In this document: one piece after another, positions 12,312 to 22,329 of the stretch
How positions within the stretch are numbered: the first letter of the stretch is position 1
Layout: each line of letters opens with the position of its first letter
NCBI RefSeq assembly: GCF_030144855.1
Contig: NC_082721.1
Coordinates: 44,144,001 to 44,208,000 of the forward strand
Direction of reading: 5' to 3'
Origin: Hypanus sabinus
Taxonomy: Eukaryota
Length of the DNA stretch: 64,000 nucleotides
Translations under genes and position numbers: made by a program
The notes under the pieces: generated by a model
The model's database searches: none
What the model saw: only the letters and a program-made list of their open reading frames with translations
What the model was told of the DNA's origin: nothing

Positions 12312-13631
12312 TTTATTTATTTTCATATCCATGCTGTCTGGCCTGCTGCAGTTGCTCCAGCCTTTGCGTGTATGCGCTAAGTAAACATATTCCTGCGTTA
12401 GCTGTTGCCTTCCTGAACATATTGACTTTAGGGGACACAGAAGTTGTTATAAAGGGAAGCGAGGTCATTATGAAACCCTACCTGCTAATCATGGCGTGGA
12501 TCCTCATGGAAGTCTCCACTAACAAAACGGCGACTGTCAGTTGTAAAGCGGAAGTGATACATTGCAGAACCAACAAGTGAGGACTCGCAGCGTGTCAGCA
12601 TGTTGCATGCCCGTGGATGGATGCACAGAGACTATCGGACCTCCAGTCTCGGTGTCACCCTCCTTCGTCCCCAACATCCCACCGGCACCACCAATGACAT
12701 GGACATGCCAGTTTAAGGAAAAAACACACCTGGTTTACGGAACTTTCCATCCCTTTCCGCCCCGGGAAAGCAGACGTACAAGGTTGGAAACTTAGTTGAC
12801 CCTTCCTGAGGAGAAAGCCACTGACAAAGTCATTTATTCTGAGCCAGTATTTCAAGTAGTAGCCCATCTTGGAAAATCCTCCCTTTATCCGGGGATAGGA
12901 ACTTTGGAGCTTCTGTCGGCGTTTTGACCTTTCTGTTTTTTTTTCCGGAATGTGGTTGCTAACCCCATGACCGATCCTCCTTCTTTCCCAGCCCTGTTTG
13001 GGACCCTCCATCCGGAGTTACCGGAGTAGAATGTTGGTGCATTTAACTCGGCAGCAGGAGCATCTTTACAGGAACAGCTCAAAAAGCAAAGCTTTCCGGA
13101 GAAACCAGCTGCCCATATTAGAAAATGGAATAGCCTGTCCATACATGTCAGATTGATTCCATCAGAATCACTCCACGGCATCTACAATTTAAATATTTGA
13201 AGGACATTAACAGGGCAATGTTTTGTACGTTGGGATCTTTTCTTATGCCGGGTCACGACTAGTGCTGGAATTGGAAATAGGTACAAGGACATGGAGAGAG
13301 AGCCATCCCTCCCCACTCCGACCTCCTTCTCTGTTCGCTTGGAAGTCTCTTTTTCTCACCTCAACAATTCCGTCTACCCCCAGGGCTGTCTGTTTCTCTG
13401 TCGATGTCTCACACTCTCTTCCTCACTCCACCGCCCCCTCCTTCCTTCCCTCGCTCCCTCCTTCCCTTCTCCACCAATTGCAAGACTGTAGGATTTCAGA
13501 TTGCCGGACTTCTTTTGTAGGAGCCGTTCAGGCCAGCGCGAGTCTCCTCCCTCCTCCCACCCAAATGAGAATGTTAAGCGCACACAAGAGTAAAAGACTC
13601 AGACACGGAAATCATTCCTGCACTGAACATC

Positions 13632-13637
13632 TTTATT
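13632..13637 (-). terminator. Polyadenylation signal of the Ig light chain gene
   Basis: AATAAA on the minus strand about 340 nt downstream of the C stop codon. Confidence 0.65.
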
Positions 13638-13974
13638 AGCAGTTTATGGCCGTTGCCACCTGTCAGTCTGATGCTGCTGAGAAATCATTAACAGACGCAT
13701 GAATAACTTCAATCAGATCCATCCTTGGTAACAGAGAAAACAATTCACCAGCTGATGTTTCTAATGATGACAAGTAACAGGCCCCTTTTACCCCACGTAG
13801 CTTCTCCGAGAATGAAGCGGAACAAAATCAGTCTGAGTGCAAATATTATAACACAATGGAAACCACAGAACTCTGGTCAGAGTTCGGAGTACAGTGAAGA
13901 GAGTGGTAGAGGGAGGTGAAAGATGCAAAAAAAAATCTGTTCGAAGCAAACAAGTACGAGGCCACGGCTCTGTT

Positions 13975-14297
13975 TTAACAGTTGGACTGTGTGACTGTTG
14001 CGGATGTTGTCGAAGCCGTTCCGAGATTAACCACGCAGGAGTATACCTTGCCACTACTCCAGTCTGCGCCGGGCACCGTCAGGTAGCTGCTGAGACTGAA
14101 AGTTCTGTCCGTGTTCCGCCTCACTGCGCTGGTTGTCACCTCACGGCTGGTTGGACTCCCGTCCACTGTCCAGCTGACGACAGGGAAGCCCACCGACAGC
14201 TTACTGACCAGGCAAACTAAGGTGCCGGTTCCTTTAGCAGAGATCTCCTTGGCTGACGGCCCAAGCAGTTTCACTGAAGGATCGGGGAGCTGTTGAT
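13975..14297 (-). CDS. Immunoglobulin light chain constant exon (sigma-type CL)
   Basis: Acceptor tcctcttgttccccatccAG precedes 14297. Phase-1 join G|AT gives DQQLPDPSVKLLGPS..TLVCLV..VSW..TFSLSSYL..YSC..SNC-stop, with both Ig cysteines, the Trp and a terminal Cys. LSVGFPVVSW in place of FYP resembles sigma C domains. Confidence 0.93.
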
Positions 14298-15442
14298 CTG
14301 GATGGGGAACAAGAGGAGACATGTGTCAGGTCAATGAAGATCTCGCGATATTTCACAGGTGGATGGTAGTGCGAGAGAAAGATTTCAGCTTCCAAGAATG
14401 CGGCCCAGGGTTTTGTCAGGGTGCAAGTCAGTGTCGCTGGAGGGCAGTGCGCTTTAGTCAACACTGAAGGACGGGACGTTTGTGGCCAAATCCTGCAGAG
14501 TCGCTGGATTACAGCATCACCAGTTCGGTGACATCACTTCCAGCTCTTGGGATCTTCCTCGGCCTGTGCCAACAGTGACACGTTCCTTCCTTTTGTTCCA
14601 TCTACTCATCACCAATGCGCCCCCTCCCACCCGTATCACCCACAACTGTAATGTGAGTAAACCTATTTCTGCGCTTACCCAGAGTGCAGGGCAACTTGTG
14701 CGTGGTCCTGACTTTCACAGAGCTGGTTTAGGGAAGGTGGGTGAAGGAAGTTGGGATTCTCCCCAGACCCAAAGCTCTGGCCTGAGTCTGTTTAGCGACC
14801 GGATTCACTGAGCGGCCGTACCCCAAAAGGAACAGTGCTCAATTGAAAAGGTGGCAGGAGAGAGGCGGGAAGGACGAGGCAATTGGATGGTTGTCTGCGG
14901 GAGTGTTCTACCCTGACCGGCAGAAATGGAAGTTCAATGAAAGTTGGAGGGAGGCTTCACGAGAGCTTCCTCATACAATAACTTGAAACTTGTAGTTCTG
15001 TTGTCTTGACAACCGTGGTCTACATCTTATCCCCAGTGATAACTCGGGACTCATTCTGAGAAGCTGGAAACTCCTCACCCTGACTTCCAACAACCAGAGT
15101 AAAAGCGGCCAAGCTGATAGGATTGAAACCGCGCAAACATCGAGTCGGGCGGACAATTTCAGAAACGAAATATTAAAATACAGATGCCAGGGACACAAAA
15201 TACGGCACCAGAGAGAAAACACAACTGAAAAAAGAGCTTGTTTAAAGAGGATACCAATTCACACACAACTCTACATTCACTTAACACAACTCAATCGTCC
15301 CACGATATGTGGCATGACTGGATCGTAAATTTGCGTTTTCATTAACAAATTCGCCAAGAAAGAATAATGTATCAATGATTAATTGCCAGGTGATTATATT
15401 CATGCAGCTAGTAATTGCAGGTGGGATTTCCCTGTCACTTAC

Positions 15443-15799
15443 CTGTAACGAAGAGCTTGGTCCCCGGGCCGAACGCGAAGCTACTGGGCGATGAAACCCA
15501 TTTTCCGCAGTAATAGACGGCAGCGTCATTCAGGTCCACATTTTTTATGTTTAACTGGTAAACGGTGCCGGCGCTGTTGACTGTCGACGTGAAACGGTCG
15601 CTGCTAAAGCCAGACCCATAAGTCGGGGCGCTGAGCGAGTGATGGTAGTACAGGATCCATTGTGGATCCGTTCCCGGTGTCTGCTTGTACCAAGATACGT
15701 AATAGCTATCCTTTGTTCCGATGTTACATTCAAGCGAGGCTGTGGCTCCTGGACTCACCGACACGGTCGGAGGCTGTGTCAGAGTCTGGGAGTCTCCAG
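15443..15799 (-). CDS. Joined V-J exon of Ig light chain (sigma-type VL plus JL)
   Basis: Acceptor ttttttttacAG at 15801-15800 and donor GTAAGT at 15442. Reads GDSQTLTQPP..LEC..WYKQ..ILYYHHSLSAPTYGSGFSSDRF..DAAVYYCGKWVSSPSSFAFGPGTKLFVT with no stop and no RSS between V and J. The long CDR2 ending GSGFSSDRF is sigma-like. Confidence 0.95.
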
Positions 15800-15906
15800 C
15801 TGTAAAAAAAAAACAGGAATTCAGCTTTAACCATTGATTGTTTAACGTGCCCCCGAAAGCCCACGTCAACAAACGCTGGCGGTGCAGTCATGCCGCCTGT
15901 ACTTAC

Positions 15907-15955
15907 AGCCCAGCCACATTGCCAGAAACAAGAAAAAGCACAACGTCCGTATCAT
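15907..15955 (-). CDS. Ig light chain leader exon (MIRTLCFFLFLAMWLG)
   Basis: ATG at 15955, 16 hydrophobic codons plus 1 nt, then GTAAGT donor at 15906-15901. The phase matches the V exon (T|CT = Ser). Confidence 0.9.
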
Positions 15956-16034
15956 TGCTGTCCGTCAGCTTCCTACGTCCCTTCAGCCGATGGATCTGTG
16001 ACAGACTGTGGCCGCCGTCGCCAATGGTACCTAC

Positions 16035-16076
16035 TTATAGAGCCGTTCATACAAGGGAGGAAACCCATGCAAATCA
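16035..16076 (-). promoter_or_regulatory. Ig light-chain promoter: octamer/decamer and TATA-like box
   Basis: TGATTTGCAT on the gene strand (octamer 16074-16067), about 110 bp upstream of the ATG, in the light-chain orientation. TATAA at about 16039-16035. Confidence 0.85.
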
Positions 16077-16099
16077 GGGCGACTCACACTGACCAACCA

Positions 16100-16330
16100 G
16101 AGCATCACACACAAAATTCCCGAGGAACTCAGCAGGCCAGGCAGGATCTAGGAAAAGAGTACCATCGCCGTTTCGGGCCGAAACCCTTTGGTAATATTTG
16201 TCTGTTTCTCTATCCTACGCCGGATTCACGCATTCAATCTCTATTCACTCCTTCCCAAGATGCTGCCTTTCCTGCCGAGTTCCTCCGGGATTTTGTGTGT
16301 GTTGCTCGGATTTCCAGCATATGCAGATTG
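16100..16330. mobile_element. Short inverted-repeat Penelope-derived element next to the IgL promoter
   Basis: CACACACAAAAT..GAGGAACTCAGCAGG on the left is mirrored by CCTG..GAGTTCCTCC..ATTTTGTGTGTG on the right. It belongs to the same family as 39355-39590. Confidence 0.65.
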
Positions 16331-16897
16331 TCTTTTGTTTCTGATCAACTAGAACAAAGGATTTGAAACCTTCCTATTCACCATCTCACACCATCAGGAT
16401 GAGGCGGTGTCACTGGCGGAAAAGAGCAAATCAGTTGATAAAACAAAAGTGTATGACCAGACTGTTCTGTGTCTGATAGCTCTCAAATTTGCACAGAAAG
16501 AAGCAGATGCAATGGTCCGTGTCCTCTTTTGTCCCCAGCAAATGTGTAACAGACAACCCTCAGGTCTACAGGTTGCGGACCCACACGAAGTGCTGCTGGA
16601 AGCTCGGTGGGAGACTGATGAACGCTGCCGACTGCGCAGTCCAGCAGTACGTGCATTGTAGTCGGTGCAGCCAAAGTTAAAATTGCACAGGCTGGAAAGT
16701 CTCTTCATCAATTAAAGGTGAATGTTTACACAGTTAATGAATTAAATGTTTACACAGTTTCATCCCTGGATTTGAAATAAAAAATAATCTTTCCCCCTTA
16801 TTTCCCATATTCAGTTCTAGCCACTTTCCATCCCTCACACATCCAGATACAACGGAGCAGACAGTTCAGACTTCCTGTTTCCACACAAATCATTCAG

Positions 16898-17072
16898 ATG
16901 TTGAGATCAAATCCACCCTGACTGTTAGAGGGATTGAAGTCCGTCTGAATGTGGAGATGGAATCTGTTCTGAGTAACAGTAAGGTGCAGAAAGCTATTGT
17001 GTACATTGGTACAAGCAGACAGTGGGAACAACTCCACGATGGATTCTCCGGTATTACTACACACACACAGTG
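16898..17072 (+). pseudogene. Degenerate, truncated sigma-type VL pseudogene, opposite in orientation to the intact gene
   Basis: GAAAGCTATTGTGTACATTGGTACAAGCAGACAGTGGGAACAACTCCACGATGGATTCTC (ESYCVHWYKQTVGTTPRWIL) closely parallels the intact V (DSYYVSWYKQTPGTDPQWIL). An FR1-like STLTVR..VRLEC lies upstream with a frameshift and stops. It ends in CACAGTG at 17066-17072. Confidence 0.75.
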
Positions 17073-17127
17073 ACCCGATACACAGGCAGAGTTATTAACC
17101 CTTTGGGAGAGGGAGCCTCTCATCATA

Positions 17128-17380
17128 GGCACTATGGTAGCGTAGTGGTTAGCTTGGGGCGATCTTGTGTAAAACGTTTAATTCTGGCACTGGCTGTAAG
17201 GAGTTTCGACATTCTCTTCGTGAGTGCCTACATTTACTTCGGGTGTTCCGGTTACCTCCCACATTCCAAGGACGCACAGGTTAGTAGGTTAACTGGTCAT
17301 TGGAAATGTTCCTTTGATTATGCTCGTGTTAAATAGGTTGTTTGGGCCGGAAGGACCTGTTCCATCGTCTCTCTAAATAA
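17128..17380 (+). mobile_element. tRNA-derived SINE (V-SINE/HE1-like)
   Basis: A-box-like GGTAGCGTAGTGGTTAGC head and a TCCGGTTACCTCCCACATTCCAAGGACG core. Confidence 0.7.
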
Positions 17381-17682
17381 TTAAACAAATAAATCAATAC
17401 CCGTCCATGTCGGTCTCCAATCCCACATCGGATTGACCACTCGGCTGACCGGTCCCATTGAGTTTCCATAAGCACGAATACAACAAATATCAACAAATAT
17501 ACAAGGGAATCAACAACATTTTTTGGTGGGTGGACTTGGGGAGGGGAGATTCAGGCAACAAGTCATTGCATAGTAATTTTGTTTTGAGGGTCGTCTTCAC
17601 CTGTTCCTTGAGATAGTCTGATAAAAAGGAACAGGAGGTGTTGCCAGCTGGAGCAGCTGGGTCTCTGGTGTTTCGTGTTCGA

Positions 17683-17942
17683 GCAACAATAGTCCTTGCC
17701 CCAGGCTGAATGTTTTGTGTGCAGCAGGTTGCTGGAGGTTCTCATCCTGCAGCTAAAGTTAATGAAGGTAGTAGGAGACAGGTTGATTACCATACAGCCA
17801 GACGAGCAGACAGATTGGCCCCAGGATTCCCCTGAGGACACACTGGTCCCTGACTGTATGATATTCAGAGTACTGATTGGGAGTCATCTCCTGGGCTAGA
17901 GGATGAACATATTGTCCATGGTGTCCATTGTGCATTTGGATC
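17683..17942 (-). pseudogene. Possible highly decayed lambda-like (type II) VL pseudogene
   Basis: Frameshifted motifs occur in V-domain order and spacing over 260 nt: DP..SSSPG, NPG..LVW, FS...TSSNLLH, NIQPG..DYCC. The comparison is to remembered shark lambda V sequences only. Confidence 0.4.
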
Positions 17943-18379
17943 CATTGTGCAGGGAGAGAGTAGAATGATCTCCAGAGGAACAAGAGAGAAGGTTCTTAAA
18001 GTTAGTGATAACTTGTGTTTACTGTGGCACAGACATGATTCAGGGCAGGTATGTTGTCTCTATGGTGTCCCGGTCACTAAACCCTGTTCAGTGATTTCAC
18101 TGGAAAATCTGAAATGGGGAGAATGAACGGGTACCAATTTCTTCAAACATTTCCAAGATGTTTGGCTTTGTGGTGTAAATTGGCCAAGGGTTCCAGATGA
18201 GTGTCAGGATTTGAAGGGAATAGTGGAGAATGCAAAGGGATTAGTGCGGGATTAGTGAGGGAAAGCACAGGCACAGTACACTGGAGAGCCTCTTTCCATG
18301 CTTTATGACTGAATGCAGTCAGAATTGAGGCCAGTCAGAATGGAACCAGAGTGCCAAAGCAGTAAGTAGAGAGGGTGTG

Positions 18380-21300
18380 GAGGAAGATGCTGCTGAAACC
18401 TCAGGCAAAGTTTGGAATCAAAATGTTGAACATGGTGCAATGAATGTCCCGAGCTGTGTATATTTCAATGCTACAGGTTTCAAAGGAAAGGTGGATAATA
18501 GTGCTGGAGATGATTTACAAATAGAGGTCATGTGTAGTGACGAGAATATGTTGATGGGACAAAATTGCCGTCAAGAGAATGGGTTGCAACAAAAAGGCAG
18601 ACAGAATCGAAAAGGGTGAATACAGGACTGAAGATGTTGTATTTGAATGAAGAATAAGGTATTACAGTGGGGTAAAATAAATTACAGAAAAATGAGAGAG
18701 GAGCAGGCCAGAATTCATTGAAAAAGAATTTTTCAGGGATGACGGCAGAGCAGCAATGGCTGTAATTTCTGAAAGCAATTTCAGAGGCATAGGAATTGTA
18801 CATCCCAAAGAGGAAGATTTATTTGTAATGAAAGATGAAACAATTGTGGCTAACAAAAGAGGTCACAGCCAATATAAAAGCTAATGAGTGGGTATAAAAT
18901 AGAGCAAATGTTAGTGGGATGTTAGAAGATTGGGACACTTTTAAAAATCAACAGAAAGCAACCAAAAATGTCATGAAGAAGTAAGGATAGAATATGAAAT
19001 TAAGCTAGCCAAAAATGTTAACGAGAATACCAAAAGAAACTTTTGGTATCCAGAAGTGCAAAAGAGAGGCACTGTGGACATCAGACCTCTACAAGACAGT
19101 GCTGGAGAGCTTGTAACTGGGGACAATGAATTGGGGGTTGAACAGAATAAATGTTTTGCATCAGTCTTCACTTTGGAAGGCACTAGCAGTATGGTGGAAG
19201 TTCCAGGTGTCAGTGCTCATGAAGGGTTTGAAGTTACCATAACTCTAAAGTAGGCTCTTGAGAAACTGAAAGGTCTGAAGGTAGATATATGCCACGTAGA
19301 CCAGATGGTGTACACTCAAGAGTCCTGAAAGAGGAAGCATTAGTGTTGATCTTTCAAGAATATTTCGATTTTAGAATGGTTCTGGAAGACGGGAATATTG
19401 CTAATGTCACTCTGCTCTTCAAGGAGGAAGAGAGGCGGATTAAGAGAAATTATAGGCCAGTTAGTCTCACCTCAGAGGTTGGGAAGATGTTGGAGTCAAT
19501 TGATAAGGAAGTGGATTTGGGGTACTTGGAGGCACATGATAAAACAGATGGTAGTGAGAATGGTTTCATACAGGGAAAATCTTCCCTGACAAATACATTT
19601 GAATTTTTTGAAGAAATAACAAGTGGGATAGAGAAGGGTAAATCAGTTGATGTTGTGTGCTTGGATTTTCAGAAGGCCTTAAACAAGGTGCCTCACATGA
19701 GGCTCTTCAAATCAAATCAAATCAAGTCACTTTTATTGTCATTTCGACCATAACTGCTGGTACAGTACATAGTAAAAATGAGGCAACGTTTTTTCAGGAC
19801 CGTAGTGTTACACGACACAGTACAAAAACGAGACTGAACTAAGTAAAAAACAACACAGAAAAAAAACTACACTAGACTGCAGACCTACCCAGCACTGCAT
19901 AAACAGCACAAAAACAGTGCAGGCATTACAATAAATAATAAACAAGGCAATAGGGCAGTAAAGTGTCAGCCCAGGATCTGGGTATTGAGGGGTCTGTTAG
20001 CTTGGGGGAAGAAACTGTCACACATTCTGGCTGTGAGAGCCTGAATGCTTTGGTGCCTTTTCCCAGAAGGCAGGAGGAAGAAGAGTTTGTCTGAGGAGTG
20101 TGTGGTGTCCTAAAAAATGCTGTTTGCTTTGAGGATGCAGTGTGCTGTGTACATGTCCATAATGGCGTGAAGAGAGACACCAATGATCTTCTCAGCTGAC
20201 CTCAGTATCCGCTGCAGGGTCTTGCAATCCAAGATGGCACAATTTCCAAACCAGGCAGTGATGCAGCTGCTCAGGATACTCTCAGTACAACCCCTGTAGA
20301 ATGTGATGAGGAGGTGGGGGGGAGGTGGGAGATGGACTTTCCTCAGCCTTCGCAGAAAGTAGACACGCTGCTGGGCTTTCTTTGCTATGAAGCTGGTGCT
20401 GAGGGACCAGGTGAGATTCTCTGCCAAGTGAACACCAAGAAATTTGGTGTTCATAACGATCTCTACCAAGGAGCCATCGATGTTCAGCAGGGAGTGGTGG
20501 CTCCCCGTCCTCCTGAAGTCAACAACCATCTCTTTTGTTTTGTTCGCATTCAGATTTTAACAAGCTATGAGGTCATTGTATCCCAGGAAAGATAGTAGCA
20601 TGGATAAACCAGTGGCTGGTTAGGAGGAGGCAAAGATTGACATTAAAGGGAGCCTTTACTGGCTGGCTACTGGGAACTAGTGGTGTTCCACAGGGGTCTC
20701 TGCTGGGTCCGATTCTTTTTACGATATATGTCAATGATTTGGATGATGGAATTGATGGTGTTGTTGTAAAGTTTGCATAAAATATGAAGACAGGTGGAGT
20801 GGCATGTAGATTTAAGCAAGTACAGAAGCTATAGAAGGGAGTTGGAATGATTCAGAGAATGGGTAAAGAAATAGCAGTTAGAATAAAGTGTTAGGAACTG
20901 GATGGTCCTGCACTTTGGTAGAAGAAATGAAACAGTTGACTATTTTCTAAATGGAGAGAAAATACAAAGAAACTGAGGTGCAAAGGGACTTGGGAGACAT
21001 TGAGCAGGATTCCCTGAAGGTTAATTTGCAGGTCGCATCTTTGGTGAGGAAGGCAAATTAATGTTAGCATTCATTTCAAAAGGACTACAATCTAAAAGCA
21101 GGGAGATAAATTTGATACTTTATAAAGCACTGGTGAGGCCTCATTTAGCATATTGTGTGCAGTTTGGCGCCCCTAATCTTAGAAAGGATGTGTTGAAACT
21201 GGAGAAGGTTCAAGGGAAGTTCACAAAAATGATAACAGGTCATATACAGATCACTTGCTGGCTCTGGGCCTGCATTCACTGGAATTTAGAAGAATGAGGG

Positions 21301-21665
21301 GTGACCTTATTGAAATCTATTGAATGGTGAAAGGCCATGATAGTGTATGTGAGAGTCAAAGACCAGAGGACACAGCCTCAGAATAGATGAGTGTCCTTTT
21401 GGCATGGAGATGAGAAGGAATTCCTTTAGCCAGATTTTGGTGAATCTGTGGGATTCTTTGCCACAGGAAGCTATTGAGGACAAGTTGTTATGTATATTTA
21501 AGACATAGGTTGGTTGAATCTTAATTAGTGAGGGTATGAAGGAGACGGAGAGAAGGCAGGAGATTGGTCTGAGTGCAATTTGGATCAGCCACGATGAAAT
21601 GGTGGAGTGGACTTGATGGGCCAAATGGCCTAATTTTGCTTCTATATCTTATGTTCTTACAGTCT
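18380..21665 (+). mobile_element. Decayed CR1 LINE ORF2, interrupted by a Rex1 fragment
   Basis: DGNIANVTLLFKE, NYRPVSLTS, VDVVCLDFQKALNKVPHMR, LYKALVRPHL and a 3' tail near 21650. Confidence 0.88.
19706..20555 (-). mobile_element. Rex1/Babar-type non-LTR element, 5'-truncated, inserted in CR1
   Basis: KEMVVDFRR, FLGVHLAENLTWS and KKAQQRVYFLRRLRK, with a (TTTGA)n tail at about 19706-19725. The CR1 frame KVPHMRL|LNKL resumes after it. Confidence 0.85.
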
Positions 21666-22329
21666 TACAGAATTGAAGAAAAGTGTAGGAAGCATGAAAT
21701 CAGTTGTGGTGATCCCAGGATTACTTCCTTTGCTTTACTCTATTGTTTCAAAAATGCAGGATAGAGGCGCTAAATACTTGTCTGAATAAATGGAGCAGGA
21801 GGGAGACTGTAGACACATGGATGATTGAGTGCAAATCACGGGGAGGTGCAGTCAGCCCAGGCCAGAAAGAAGAACCAGAGCTGGGTCCAGTGCCTTCATG
21901 GGAAGTTTTAAGAGGAAGGAAGGAAAGAGACACTGGAAAAAATAGTGTAAGGGAGGATAAAATTTGCAACAAAAAAAAAGTATCAAGAGATCTTAATAGT
22001 TCCAGAGCAGAAATAACATTTTTTTTTCAGAAGGCAGATTATGAGAAAATATAAGAAGCTCCACAACACATGAATAGTGTACCTAAACTTTTGAATCTTA
22101 TTCAACAAGGTTGTTGAGCTGTAAGGGTTTATGAAGTTTAAAACATTTCAACTTAACTTTTGATGTATCTGAAGTGAGAAATGTGTTCTGAAAAGACCAA
22201 AATTTTGGTTGAGCAACACACATACAAAATGCAGGAGGTTCTCATCAGGTTGTAGGAATTGGAGGCTTGTTTGACTCAATGACCTGGACATCTATGTTGG
22301 CTGGAGTCAGTTCTTTGTGCTTTGGCTTT

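Noticed and set aside
12655-13181. ORFs of 98 and 118 aa downstream of C as an extra Ig or membrane exon
   Set aside because: They have no Ig-fold cysteine/tryptophan pattern or convincing splice context, and they lie beyond the polyA signal.
15800-15872. N-terminal extension MLTWAFGG.. of the ORF-track V protein
   Set aside because: It is intron sequence. The true leader is the spliced exon 15955-15907.
17570-17880. Reading this segment as a decayed C-sigma exon (ICL..PV..KTFSL..SC)
   Set aside because: Spacing fits poorly, and a V-lambda-like reading explains more motifs. Both remain weak.
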